From: Lingula anatina
Taxonomy: Eukaryota; Animalia; Brachiopoda
Assembly: GCA_051362555.1 (NCBI GenBank)
Contig: CM120640.1
Coordinates: 70,162,788 to 70,226,787 of the forward strand
Direction: 5' to 3'
Length of the DNA stretch: 64,000 nucleotides
The first letter of the stretch is position 1. Every line of letters begins with the position of its first letter. Shown one piece after another: positions 1-12,202 of the stretch. The notes under the pieces were generated by a model. It made no database searches. It was given only the letters and a program-made list of their open reading frames with translations, and was not told the DNA's origin. Made by a program: the position numbers and the translations under genes.

Positions 1-1091
1 GATAAAACGACATTGTTCTTTTCTGCTTGAATGACATTGAATGAAGTTGCATCGTTACTCGATTCGTCAACTAGCTTTTTAGCGGCTTCGCTATCGGCAC
101 TGCTGTCTGGGTTTTCGGATTCCAAACAGACGGTCAGAAACTCGTCAAAAGATGGGAAACTATCAATGACATCGTCCAAGCGGTTATAGTTGTTGTTATT
201 GTCTGCATATCGCCTGTGTCCTTCACTAACAAGGTGGTCGTCTAAACACCTGTACCAAACGTCACAACACTCGCAATATCCACGCTGTTTTCCAATCGAG
301 GCTGCTTGTTTCACTGCGAGGGCACGACGCGGAGTGGTGATTGCTCGCGGTGTAGTACAAGTGCTTTTACTGTTCTGCACAGTCGCTGGTACTTTCGACA
401 TAGATTGCTCATTCTTCCCAAAGACCACATCGTTCTCTAAATCAATGTAAGGGAAATCAGCAAATGTACTGTAGACAGGTCTAAGGTTCTCCTGAGTGTC
501 CTCTATTTTTAAGAAGTCCCCTTTAAAATATGTGTAGTCATTTTCATCAATCCATTTAAAGCTGTCCTCTATGTTTTTAGATTTTGTATTTGTTGCTTTC
601 TTGTTTTCGTCTTTAATTTTTTTCAATACTTCCTGTAAGGACAGTATTGGTACTCCCCACATCTTTGCATTGGTTAACACGTCATTACGACCTGCACTCG
701 ACCGACGCGTAGAGGTCGACTTGAGAACCAGCGCCATACCTCGACTTATCACTGGGGCCTTGGAGCCATCAACGCTAGAAGGTGACGGCGTCTTTGTGGG
801 TTCCACTGGAGATCCATTTACGCCACATTCTGTGGTTTTGTTGGTAACAACAAAGTTCACTTCACGACTCAGAAAGCGTTCAATTCTTCCACCCAGTCTC
901 ACAACATCCTCCTCCAGTTTAGCCAGCTTAGAGTAGCCATCCAGGTCGAGGAAGAAAGATTTCCCATTGTACGGTTTAGATGTGAACAACAGCCGTCTCT
1001 TTGCAGTCCCCGGTGAAGAAAATCTAGTCCCAGCTGACTTGGTCATTTGTGTAGAGCTCCCCATTACTGCAGCCCGTCTTGCTCCACTCAT
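1..1091 (-). CDS. DBF4: DBF4/ASK-like CDC7 kinase regulatory subunit (3' end lies beyond the window)
   Basis: Read manually; absent from the ORF track, presumably because it has no stop inside the window. ATG at 1091 gives MSGARRAAV...KPYNGKSFFLDLDGYSKLAKLEEDVVRLGGRIERFLSREVNFVVTNK (motif N/BRCT-like). In the same frame follow FLKIEDTQENLRPVYSTFADFPYIDL (motif M) and GYCECCDVWYRCLDDHLVSEGHRRYADNNNNYNRLDDVI (DBF4-type zinc finger, motif C). Confidence 0.88.
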   Translation of the reverse strand, partial: MSGARRAAVMGSSTQMTKSAGTRFSSPGTAKRRLLFTSKPYNGKSFFLDLDGYSKLAKLEEDVVRLGGRIERFLSREVNFVVTNKTTECGVNGSPVEPTKTPSPSSVDGSKAPVISRGMALVLKSTSTRRSSAGRNDVLTNAKMWGVPILSLQEVLKKIKDENKKATNTKSKNIEDSFKWIDENDYTYFKGDFLKIEDTQENLRPVYSTFADFPYIDLENDVVFGKNEQSMSKVPATVQNSKSTCTTPRAITTPRRALAVKQAASIGKQRGYCECCDVWYRCLDDHLVSEGHRRYADNNNNYNRLDDVIDSFPSFDEFLTVCLESENPDSSADSEAAKKLVDESSNDATSFNVIQAEKNNVVL

Positions 1092-4000
1092 AGCAGCTGA
1101 ATGAATAGTATGAGCTGAACGACACCCGCCGGCTTCCCCCTGCGCGATGCCCCAGATAACGATATTACTGCCACGCAGGTGCCTCTGTCGCGGGCTCAGG
1201 TGCAATTACTTTACACTTTTATTGTTGTTGTAATGTGTTTTCTTTCCCCTTCTGTCATGGTAATAAAAATGTCACGTGGCAGAATTCAAATTGAAGGACT
1301 TCATCATTATTAAAAAAAAGACAAATTATTTTATAATTTTTAAGGATGGTTGGAATGAAAAAACCACATGACACTGTTGCACACTGTGAAAGAGGGTAAA
1401 CCATCCATTGTTCGTTTTCCCGGTCCAGCTTGGCTTCCGCGAGTAAAATATAGTGAGGGGCTGAATATAGAACGGGCTTTTAATCATATATCATTTTGAG
1501 CCAGTGAATTACCTGATTATAAAATATCATATTATCATATATTACAAAAAGTGATGAATTATTTGACTACTAAATAATTTAATTCGTTCATATAGGATTC
1601 TTTTACTGGCGGATACAGGATGTCATAATGGGGAGGGGGTCTGTCCTTTTGGCATGTGTATGGGTCAAATCGTCGTGTTTTTATTTTATTTTATTATACT
1701 ATTATTCTATTTATTTGGAAACAGGGCTTTCAGTATTTGATTATTAAAAGCAAATAAAAATGAACGACATAGTTTTTCTCCTACATTGATTGGCGATCCA
1801 GTCCGTATAAACATCTTATGAACAAAAAATATCTGCGCATCAGATTATAAGTTTTAAATCCACAAAGTCAGTCCAAAAATGCCAATGTTTAGACCGCTGA
1901 AAGGAGGGTTTGTCTGACCAAGCTGTTGGGTTGACAACCACTTCAGTTTGCTGACGTATTAACTGGGACGCTGTCAGTGATCAGTGTCACATCAGTTAGC
2001 TCTAAACTTGCTCTCATTAAGGTTTACCTGCCAAAAATAACGCTGAGAGCGAGCATGCTGCCGGCTGAGCTTGAAACAGTCACCTTTTCATAGGACTAGC
2101 AATCAGCTTGGGGAAAGGTCCTCCTTTTCCAGTAAGATTGGGGTATTCATTGGTTCTGAAGACAAGTTATCTGCGTGACAAATCTTCACAGAAGTTACCT
2201 CTGCTCACTTGAACATAATTTGGCAGAACTGAGATTGTCTTTTTCCTTTGCGCCGAGTTTGTAATTTAGAGTTAATTTGTTTTGACACCTTACTGATAAA
2301 TGAATCGTCTTCGGATTGGCACTGAGTTTCAGTAATTATCAAGATCAGATTAACCTGGGTGTCTTAAACCTACCTACATTGTAATAGTAAGGAGGTAGGG
2401 GTTATATTGTGTTGTTTTCTGTGGTGGCAACCTACGTGATTAGAGAAGGACAGAGAAGCCGACGCAAATGGTTAATTTTATTTTTTAATTAAATCAGAAG
2501 CCATATTCTATACATTTAAATCAAAGGCTTTCTTTTTCAAAATTCCGGTTAATAGGTAATTTTTGATAACGCAAAGCAATCACTATTTTTTCATGAACTG
2601 ACGACAAAAGTTGTGTTGTAAGTAAATCTTAATTCTTTTTGAATAATGTTGCATTAAAATTAATCTTATCCATTGAGAAAAAGAATAACATTTTTCTTAT
2701 AATAATTATAAGCGCATATTGGCCTATTGATGAAAGTAAATAGAAATTGATATAAAACAAAAAAAATGTGAATAATGTTATAAAAGCACGCAAATATCAT
2801 GTACCGCACCGCCAACCGCGACTTTTTTTATGAATGGGTGTAATGATTACTAACGTTTTTCCCGAATATTTCTGTTATTCTTTTTTTGACAAACACTTCA
2901 AAGTATGACATATCCTTTACTAAAATGTTATAAAATTACTAAATGTACACCAGATCAAAACCATACAGAATTATGCGGTATTTTTAATAGGGATTTTTTG
3001 AATACTCGGTAAATCTCGGAGGGTTATATGAATTATCAATTTTTTTCTTTTATCTATTTTCGACTTGTGTATAGTCTGGCCACAGACACACACACATATA
3101 CTGTTACTTTCCTTTCTTTAATTGTTTATTCCTTGTTATCACAATATATACAGCACATTTCGACATGAAATAAATGGAATGCCCTCTACTTTTGGATAAT
3201 ATCAAGAATGTATATATTATCGTTCAGTTACATATCTATAGTAAGCTACGAACTACGTAATAATGGATAAGTGAAGGAGGAACAGGTGGATATAAGGATG
3301 GCTAAAAGAAGGGGGTGAACTTAAGGGCAAGCAAACAATTAATTTTCAAACAAAGACGAAAAGATACAGCTCAGCGGCCCACTCTCCATTGCATTTATGA
3401 AATTTGTTTCGCGCTTGGACTGTTAAAGCAGTATGCGGCCATCTCAGCTGTGAAAACACTATTAAAGTAATTGTTTTTTTCATGGAGTCCATTCAAATGA
3501 TTCAGCAATCGAGTTCGACTGAAAAGCCTACCTCAGTTGATGAGGTGTGAAAATCACCATTTCACTACCGAGAAATAATTTTCATTATTTCCTGCATGTG
3601 CAGATGCTTATCTAACATTCAAAATTTAATATCACAATAACAAGAACTATCAAACATTTTGCATTGCGAAAATGCTCCTATCCAGCAGTTATTTCTCCGC
3701 ACTAAGTTCAGAAGTGAAGTTGAAAGGAAGCTGTTTCAAAACTGTCAGTTTCAAATAACAATTATTACGTCTGCTGACTGTACAAAACGCCTTGTTCCTC
3801 GGCATTGATTTAGTCAGATGATGAATTTTGTGTGTAACCAGTTTGCTATTTTAGATGTCCTGGTGATCACAGAGCACGTATCAAACAAAATAGTGTCTCA
3901 GTTTTTTTAATGATAACCTCTTTTTAGGTTCCAGTAGACAGAAGACCTTTACTGAACAGTGTAAAATAACCCTTGGTGACCGGTAAAATCTGAATCAGAA

Positions 4001-5571
4001 CTTGAATAAAATTTGATACTTAAGTTTATAGTACCTTTTCAAATTAAATCGTTTTTAATGAGCTACAGTACCTTAACCAGTAGTGTTGCATATGAGCTTC
4101 TCCGACGGAGATAACCGCGCAACTTTGGGTAAAATCAAGCGATATTTTCCAGGAATCAGAGGAGAGTGTGATCAGAAATAATGGCAGACAAGTGAGTTGG
4201 TGCGGTAACAAATAAAAACCGACAGAATTTGTCTACGGATAGGATATTTTTCTGGTTGTTTTCTCAGACTTTCTTAGATTAATTTATACAACAGTATGTA
4301 TTCATCACATTACTTTGTATTGCTTTACTTTGCATTGCTTTAATTTTTTATGTCAATAGAAATGAAGGAGCTACCCTTCCTGACGTCTGTATTTGGCGGT
4401 TCTGCGGACCTACAATAGAGAGGACAGGGCGGGGGGGGGGGGGGGGTGGCTTTACTCCTCAGGTAAAGACAAACCCCGCAGTAACCTCATCCTTTGATGA
4501 AGATGTTGTTTTGGTAGTCATATATCAGCAAGTTGACGCAAGTTAAGAGAAAAAGATATAAAATATAACGTTGTGAATGGTGTTATAAAAGCACGCAAAT
4601 GTCACGTACCTTGCTCAGGAAATACTGAAATATCCGAAAAATCCGAAATATTACAGTAGTTATAACTCTGATTTAAGCTTTTTTAAAAAAAGAAACTATT
4701 ATTATTATTTGACGTATACATAAGCATATTTTTTATCATTAGTTCCTGGTTTTGTAAGTACTTGTCCAGGCACCCCCCCCCTTTTAAAGATGTTCACGTA
4801 TATTGCGCATGTGAACAGCTTAAAAACAGCTCATGCTTTCATAATTTCCATTCGTGCCTTTTTGCCAACCAGACGGATAAAATGTTCAAGCTTTGTTGCC
4901 GAGCACGCCAAAAGACAATTTCTTAATTGTCCATTTTCTTTAAATTCGAATATCCACTGCATTTTTCTGGGTTGTACATGTACACACGAAGTAAAAGGCG
5001 GTTTACACTTTAAGTTTTATGTTAAATTTCTACACAAACGTGAAAAGCATGTGGACGACACAAGAATGATTCACATCTTGAGGCCAATGGCTTCAAATAA
5101 TTGACTGTAGTCTGATAGTCTAAAATGAACGGACAAAACCTATAGAAAATTTTATCATGAATGAATTACGGAATAAGAAACTTTGATAAACCAGAGCTTT
5201 CCACTCACAGATATCATAGATCCTTTCTATCCAACACGCTTAGTCGCATACATTATATATGGTACACGAATAATTCTCAGATGACTGTTCAACCAAACTG
5301 CCACATCGATGCTTAAAAAGTTAAGTGCCATGATTTACTTTAAGTGATTAGACAAATTTTATGATTTATGGTAGAAAGCGTGCATCATGCAATACCTTGG
5401 GCACGCACAGCTGTATATATATATATATATAGACCTAGAGACCTAACAATATTTCAACGAGGGACTTGAAGAGAGACATCGAGCAACCGAAAGTGAAAGT
5501 ACCGTTAGCTATCTTGAAGTAGATAATCTCCTGGTTCATTTCGAAAACTAGACAAAAGCAACCTTAACAAT

Positions 5572-7901
5572 ATGCTCTATTTCGTTATACCCGTGTGCGT
5601 GTTACGGCTGACGATGTTCCAAATGTTGAGCATGCAAACTTGGCGTTCCACTCCAATAGGGACCGTCCCAGTCCTTGCCGGTTGTAGTTTCAACATATCG
5701 CAACAGCGGTTTAATGACCTTTTGTCGATAGAAGGGTTAAAAACTGTCGATTTACATCAAACTCTTCTTGTTCTGTTTGACCCTGCCTGTCAGCGCGCTT
5801 TCTCTTCAATAATCTCACAAAACACATATCAAAGTAACGTAGTGATGGTGGGCGTCAACCAAACTGGGTGTTTGCGTCTGGAAAGGATTGCACGGACCAC
5901 GGGTGCCGCCAGTTTCAGACGAACCTTTGAGAAGCTTTTGGCAGAAGGTAGGGATATGGTAACAGAATTAGTTGAAATGAGCCTTAAGGTACGTACAAAT
6001 GGAAAAAATGATTCCCTGAACTTTGAAGAAATTACTAGAGACAGTCGACGTGTTAATATATGTATTGCAGTTATGGATTTGGAACAAAAAAGAAAAACTA
6101 TACACAACATTGAAGACATATCCTCGTCTTTAATGGGTGAAATGCAAACCTTTTATTGTCAATTAAACGGGAATAGAAGCAAAGGGGAACTTTTTCGGAC
6201 TGACGCGTGGTTTGATCCCAGTACTTACGCTGAATATTGCGGTTTGCTGGACATCAAGACAAAGACAGTGAAGATAACTCCTCTTTTTAATGTACCGGAG
6301 GATGACTGCTTGAACAATTACGATAAATTGAATCAAGAAAAAAGCGCGCGCTACCTGTGTTTTACAGAATTCTCCTTAGATGAGCCAAAGAATTTTTCAG
6401 CAGTATGTCAGCTTCCAACCGACTCGCAACTGGAAGATTTTGATGGCATTTTGACTGCGATTACTCAGCATGTGTGCCCCGGAGTTTTAGAGCCCGGAGA
6501 AGAAAATTCGGCAAATGCGATTAGGATTATGGACTCTATTGAGCAGTGCATTTCCCCTGGCGGAATGCTGACTTTCGAAAACTATATGAAGATGTACCAT
6601 TATTTTTCTTCTGTCTTCAGTCCGCTTGCCTTGGTGGCAAACACCCTTCTTATAACAGTTCTGTTGGTCGACAAAAAAGAAGGGAACAATAAAACGGCGA
6701 CGCTTCTCCCTGTCTTCCTTGCCCTTGCCAACTGTTTGCATTTAGTAGCATTATTCTCTGAAAGCGTGACAATCATCGTTACTAACTTTGGTCATGTTTT
6801 TTACCCCTTTTGGTATTGCGTTACAAAAACCGTAGCTGATGAATTTTCGAGAGATATATGTACCGCACTGGTGTGTCTGATCACTTTAGACAGATTTCTC
6901 ATAGTGTGCTTTCCTTTCAAGAGGATTACTCGGTCCAGGATTGCTCTGATAAAATCAGTAAGTAGAAGAATAGTATAGTTTACATGCTTTTTCAGCAGTT
7001 TTGTTTGGTTTTGTCGAGTATATTACTAATATATAACGCATTAGTAGGGGTGCTTAGCTAGAGATATAAATGTTTAATGGGCGTAGTATTTTTGACAAGT
7101 GTATCTTTAATAAGTATATCTTCCAGTGAGCTTTCAAACTAACAAGTCACAAATTTTATCAATACCGTGTGTCGTAGCGTTAAAATTTAAAGAATTACTT
7201 ATTAATGAATATACTCATTTGATGAATTGACACAACCAGGTGGTATAACTTAAGGAACAAAAAGGAGTTCATGGAGATGAGCTAGTGCTACTAGCCTAGT
7301 GTGATAGTCACTGTAATGTTTATTTTTTTTTTTCAATGTTTTAGCTCCTCCTCGTGTGCCTTATTCTGACTATAAGTGGCGGGTTGCTGTGTGGCGGCAT
7401 ACAATACGTGGGGAGCGACACGTGTCAAATTATCCCAGAACGACAGAGGCAGTTCTTAATAGATCTGGGAAGTTACTTGGTCTTTCGTATGACTGTATAC
7501 ATTGTAATTTTACTCTCCATCACATTCATGAATATTAAAATAGCGTCAGTTATGTATATCCAAGCAGAAAAAAGAAAACAAATAGCAACGGGGAGTGCTC
7601 AAAATGCAAAAGGAGGTTCAGTAGGAACTCTATGATTTCTTCGGTTTGCTTTTTAATTCTGTGTATGCCATATGTTGTTACTTTAGTGGCGCTGTTAGTA
7701 CCACTGAGAGGATACATTTCGTTTTCATATTTCCCTCTGTATTTTGTAGGAAAATTAACATTTCAAATTTACAACGGTGTTAATCTGTTCATTTTCCTAC
7801 TCAGTGGGTCGGCCTTTCGTGTAGCTTTTAAATCTTTGTTTTTTAGAGTTTTTCGTTCAATCATTTCCTTATTTGATGCCTTCAAATCGGAAACAAAGTA
7901 A
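5572..7901 (+). CDS. Orphan rhodopsin-like (class A) GPCR with a long N-terminal ectodomain; 2 exons (5572-6957, 7345-7901) and a frameshift at ~7632, so possibly a pseudogene
   Basis: TM1 (PLALVANTLLITVLL), TM2 (LALANCLHL) and TM3 with a DRY-like ITLDRFLIVCFPF motif. A phase-0 intron has GTAAGT at 6958 and TTTTAG ending 7344. TM4-TM5 are in exon 2. TM6 (CFLILCMPY), TM7 (NGVNLFIFLLSG) and helix 8 (FRVAFKSLF) lie in the overlapping -1 frame ORF 7632-7901. Confidence 0.8.
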
Positions 7902-8580
7902 TGCAGACGACTTGTCGGCCCAGTCAAGGATTCTTTTGCTCTTTGGCGCAACAGATACATTTAATTAGTTCAACGTTCACATGGTGTACTTCTTACAGCG
8001 GTCCAGACCTTTGAATTTATCACATAGGGCCTACATCTCGCGCATGTTGCACAGGATACCCAGCAACATTAATTCATCCTTGTGCGTAGAACTTTTTTCA
8101 GACACCCCCCCCCCCCCCCCTCCAGAGAGTAACGGGTAAAAAGAGAAAAATGATGAATTTTGACAGAGATTTGGATCATATCATTTTTATTCCTTTTCCA
8201 AAAGCCTACAGTAGGTAATTAAGCCTACATATATTACCCACCCCAAAACGTACGGTTTGTAGACGTGAAAATGATGATTAAATGGATGATCCATAATGTC
8301 ACCTAACAACGTTGAACAAATATTTAAAAGTAATTAGTAATATTAAGTAAATTTGAGAAGTTTGAAAGTTTTGAACGTCTGTGCACATTCATTATGTAAT
8401 GATATATCAGCAGAAAATTGATACTCTCATTGTCTTTAGGCTATTGGTTTTACAATGGTAAAGATAAGTGGTTAGTGCTTGTTTTAATGTTTTAGAAAAT
8501 GTTAACTTTTATGGAAAGACCTATCCGGACTAGAAGGGGCCCACTTAAACTGCACTTTTAAACGCCTATGGGTAATGTGA

Positions 8581-8582
<2 letters not shown>

Positions 8583-8618
<36 letters not shown>
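8583..8618. repeat. (CA)n microsatellite
   Basis: Direct observation. Confidence 0.95.
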
Positions 8619-8622
<4 letters not shown>

Positions 8623-8928
8623 CTTTTGTCTTTACAAAGTGCACTATTACATTTTAATTAAAATATAAAAATCTTAAAATATCAGCAGCATTTGCATATC
8701 AAGCGATTTTCCATCCCAACTGAATCCCAAATAAAAAAAAGAAGTAGAATCGTTTACACGGGTTTTAGTTGTTTCTGAGTGATTACGCAAGCCGCATCCC
8801 CCAAACAATGGGCTACTATGAGGCCCACATTTTTGGTTGTTTGGGGGTGGCCGGCTCATGTCTTAGTTAAACTAACTCTTATCAAAATAACACGATCCAG
8901 GACTTCATACAAAGTGAGATGAAATTAA

Positions 8929-9563
8929 GATCGCATTCACAACGAGTTGAGCCAGGCTTTAGAAATCCTGGGACTAAACATGGCGGACGTAGGCCTACCA
9001 CTCGGAACTACTCGGATGTCTCCGCACTCGACAATAACCTCGGACGTAATACGGAGGCAGACATATTTGATTGTTGATTGTTGGGAAGGAACTACTTTCA
9101 ACCTCGCGCTAATTTAAACCTAATTCCTTCAACGCCTGTATCTATTTATCTTTTAAATCAAAGTCAATCTTAGTGCATTGTTTGGCAAACTGTAAAGAAT
9201 CATAAAAATCAGGGGTATTGACAGCCATCTTTATGAGCGTAATGATCGATTGAGTGAGAAGGCATTTCCGGCGGACAAAATGCATGGATTTGGTGCATAT
9301 TTCTCCGCCTATCACATCCGAGGTTAGTATGGAGCTTGCGGAATTGGCCGAGGATTGCCGATTGTAGGCCTACATGAAAGAAAAATCGCCTAATCTTTTA
9401 AAAGTCTCCCCGCCTCTCACACGCCTCCCCATGTGTCGTCCCAATGGAGCCGAGATTTAATGACTGTACCCCCGCAAAATTAGGCGGTTTTTCTTTCATG
9501 TACGTCCGCCATATTTAGTCCCAGGATTTGTAACGCCTGGCTCAACTCGATGTGAATGCGGTC
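8929..9563. mobile_element. PIF/Harbinger-like MITE
   Basis: ~63-bp imperfect TIRs (GATCGCATTCACAACGAGTTGAGCCAGGC... / ...GCCTGGCTCAACTCGATGTGAATGCGGTC) flanked by a TAA target duplication; no coding capacity. Confidence 0.78.
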
Positions 9564-9689
9564 TAAGAATTGCCGAGGCCACGGGTAAAATGCAAGACAA
9601 AATAGACTCACTGTTGCTGGAAAATAAAAGAGAAACTGAATAATAAAGAAAAGAAATTAAAAGATCTGGAGGAAAGGGTCGTTCAAAAT

Positions 9690-10020
9690 CATACTAGATC
9701 AACTGAAGCAATCAAACAAAGTAGGCCTAGGCCCTAACTACAACGAGCAATACTCGAGAAAATTAAATGGAAGAGTTCTAAACTTCCCCCCTCGCAACAA
9801 AGAAAATTTAAGAAGTGACTTCCCTGAATTTCTCAAGAAAGAAATTAACATTGAACTGGACCCCCATGATATAACTGCAATTCATGGAATCCCAGGCAGA
9901 GATGGACAACATCAGCCAGTCATTGTAAAATTGAGAAATAATGACATAAAAAGATCAATTATGAACAAGAAAAAGGAAATAAAATCAAGTGTGAGGCTCT
10001 ACGATGATAGGTCTATTACC
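9690..10020 (+). mobile_element. Degenerate non-LTR retrotransposon ORF1 fragment (CR1/L2/L1-type RRM region)
   Basis: Broken frames give EQYSRK...FLKKEINIELDPHDITAIHGIPGRDGQHQPVIVKLRNNDIKRSIMNKKKEIKSSVRLYDD, resembling the EQYSR...HR...RPVIVK...DDLT pattern of LINE ORF1 proteins. Confidence 0.65.
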
Positions 10021-10184
10021 CAGCTCTGCTCGCATATTTAATTTACAAAATTGTATATCTGCTTTGAAATTAATAAATAAGTAGGCCTACTACCACTGCT
10101 AAGCCTATAGGCCTAGATAACGTTATCAATTCTCATCGGTGTTTCATTAAAATATTAGCCTTTAGCATTTTAATAGCATTTAAA

Positions 10185-10190
<6 letters not shown>

Positions 10191-10249
<59 letters not shown>

Positions 10250-10260
10250 AAATAAATAAA
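10191..10260. repeat. (TAAA)n microsatellite
   Basis: Direct observation. Confidence 0.95.
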
Positions 10261-10916
10261 TAGGCCTGTACACGTATATGTTATCAAAAACCACCATATC
10301 CATATAATTTACAAACCTTTTGGCAAGATCTTTGAAAAAGTCCACTGTTTTCACTGAACTATCAGTCCCATATAGATCTATAGAACATTTCTGCGCGACA
10401 AACAAAAACGTGTTTTTTTCCTTGAGTATTCCAACTTACTAAGCAATTTAAAAAGTTATCTTATCAAGTATTGATTTGATAATAATTGCCTTAATGCTTT
10501 GAATTTTATTAATAAACATAAGAATTTACAAAAACTGGCCCGTTTTATTCTATAAAAGTGGTTTTTTGGTGGATCTAAGGTCTCACTCCGGAATTATTGC
10601 TTGCATTGGGACCGAAAATTATTATTTGTGGCATTCGGATTGTACTCAAACTGTATAAGTGAAAACTATGTACCATTGTCGAGAACACTTATTTAAAGTA
10701 GCATAATTTGTGTTCTCTGCTGTGTGTATAGATGCCCTAAATGTTTGCCAACAAGCACAAATAGCAGACGACGAGGTAGCCATATTGATTTCTGTGCACT
10801 TTTATTGAAGCGTGTTCTCAGACGTCCGCGCGAAGTTCATAAAGCTGAGATTCATTCAATTTTGTCATTAGTTGAAGATTTCCTCCGCGAAGATATTTTC
10901 ACTACGTCATTTCATT

Positions 10917-11549
10917 ATGGCTGGAAGTCAAACAGGGTCGCCAAATAGATCTGCCTCACCAACAAGGCCGGCATCGCCAAAGAGATCGCCACCCAAGGCA
11001 AAGATTGGACCAAAGAAAAGAGCCAAATCAGCGTCTAAGAAAAGTGCCCACCCGGCCACACTGGCAATGGTATGCGTGGCCATCAAAGCTCTTGGCAACC
11101 GTCGCGGATCGTCTGCTCAAGCTATTCGCAAGTATATCTTGGCAAACTTTCAGGGTATCCGAGCGCCTATGCTGAGTGCTATGCTACGCCGTGCTTTTGC
11201 CGCAGGTTTGAAGAGTGGTGTGCTCGTCCGCCCCAAGGGATCAAGCGCTACCGGCAGCACAGGACGTTTCCGTCTCGGCAAGGTGAAGGCAGCGCCCAAG
11301 AAAAAGAAGAGCCCCAAGAAGACTAAGAAGGCAAAGCCAAGGAGAAGATCGTCTTCAAAGTCTGCAACCAAGAAAACAAAGAGGTCAAAATCCAAGGCAA
11401 AGAAGCCAGCAAAAAAAGGAGGAAAGGCCGCAAAAAAATCTAGATCTCCAAAAAAGGCCAAGAAGGCAGCAGCTAAGAGACCGAAGGTAGCAAAGAAGGC
11501 TACAAAGAGACCAGCAGCCAAGAAGACTAAGAAGGTCGCCAAAAAGTAG
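10917..11549 (+). CDS. Histone H1-related protamine-like (PL-type) sperm nuclear basic protein, 210 aa, intronless
   Basis: ATG at 10917. N-tail has SPxR/K motifs. The H15 winged-helix domain HPATLAMVCVAIKALGNRRGSSAQAIRKYILANF...LRRAFAAGLKSGVLVRPKGSSATGSTGRFRLGK resembles bivalve PL-I/PL-II cores as I recall them. C-tail is K/R/S/A-rich. Confidence 0.88.
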   Translation: MAGSQTGSPNRSASPTRPASPKRSPPKAKIGPKKRAKSASKKSAHPATLAMVCVAIKALGNRRGSSAQAIRKYILANFQGIRAPMLSAMLRRAFAAGLKSGVLVRPKGSSATGSTGRFRLGKVKAAPKKKKSPKKTKKAKPRRRSSSKSATKKTKRSKSKAKKPAKKGGKAAKKSRSPKKAKKAAAKRPKVAKKATKRPAAKKTKKVAKK

Positions 11550-11572
11550 ACAAGTTCCCGACGTCAATAACA

Positions 11573-11593
11573 GGCCCTTTTCAGGGCCACCCA
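11573..11593 (+). terminator. Histone mRNA 3' stem-loop (SLBP site)
   Basis: GGCCCT-TTTC-AGGGCC followed by ACCCA, 23 nt after the stop. A purine-rich AGGAAAAGCT (candidate HDE) follows, and an AATAAA lies near 11627. Confidence 0.93.
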
Positions 11594-11810
11594 TTTTGTC
11601 TAGGAAAAGCTAATCCAATAAGTCAACAATAAAATCTATTTTTTTTTTCTCTACTTCTATGATTAGATCTAGATCTCTATAGAAAATCTATGATGTCACA
11701 CTTATTTCCTTTTCGCAAGGCTGCAGCCTTGACCGGTGGTTCCAAGGTTATGGCGCCTGTAGTAACGGTAAAATTGCGAAAGCCACGCAAAAAAAAAAAA
11801 AAAAAAAAAC

Positions 11811-11842
<32 letters not shown>

Positions 11843-12202
11843 GGTGGGGGGAGGAGAGATACATAATGTATGTTATCTCCACGTAACGTATCTCAGCGTA
11901 GAGATGCTGATGATGATGATGATGATGAATCATTGATGATAATAATAATAATAATGATAATAATAATAATATCAAAAAAGTAATATCAAGCTAATTTAGA
12001 TCTAATCTACCCGTGTTGCTAAAAAGCTGTAACGTTTAACGCGAATATGTAGAGATCTAGATCTATATGTTACGTCCGTCTCCATGGCAAAGCATTTGTG
12101 ACGACAGCCTACTGTTGTATTGTAATGTTGCCTGGAAACTCAACTTTATAAAATACACTGTCAGACGTAGATCTCGTATGTATCCGTTCTGGCCGTTGTA
12201 AA

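Noticed and set aside
190-936. Plus-strand ORFs of 86 and 121 aa
   Set aside because: Antisense shadows of the DBF4-like coding frame.
2765-4610. Short shared motif TGTTATAAAAGCACGCAAAT at ~2776 and ~4581
   Set aside because: Only ~35-50 bp of similarity with no termini or TSD; probably fragments of a dispersed repeat.
10872-10916. TTG-initiated N-terminal extension of the H1-like ORF
   Set aside because: Artefact of allowing bacterial start codons; the first ATG is at 10917.
11789-11838. Poly(A) tract as a retrocopy tail of the H1-like gene
   Set aside because: It lies ~160 nt beyond the AATAAA and past unrelated sequence, no flanking TSD was seen, and histone genes are natively intronless.
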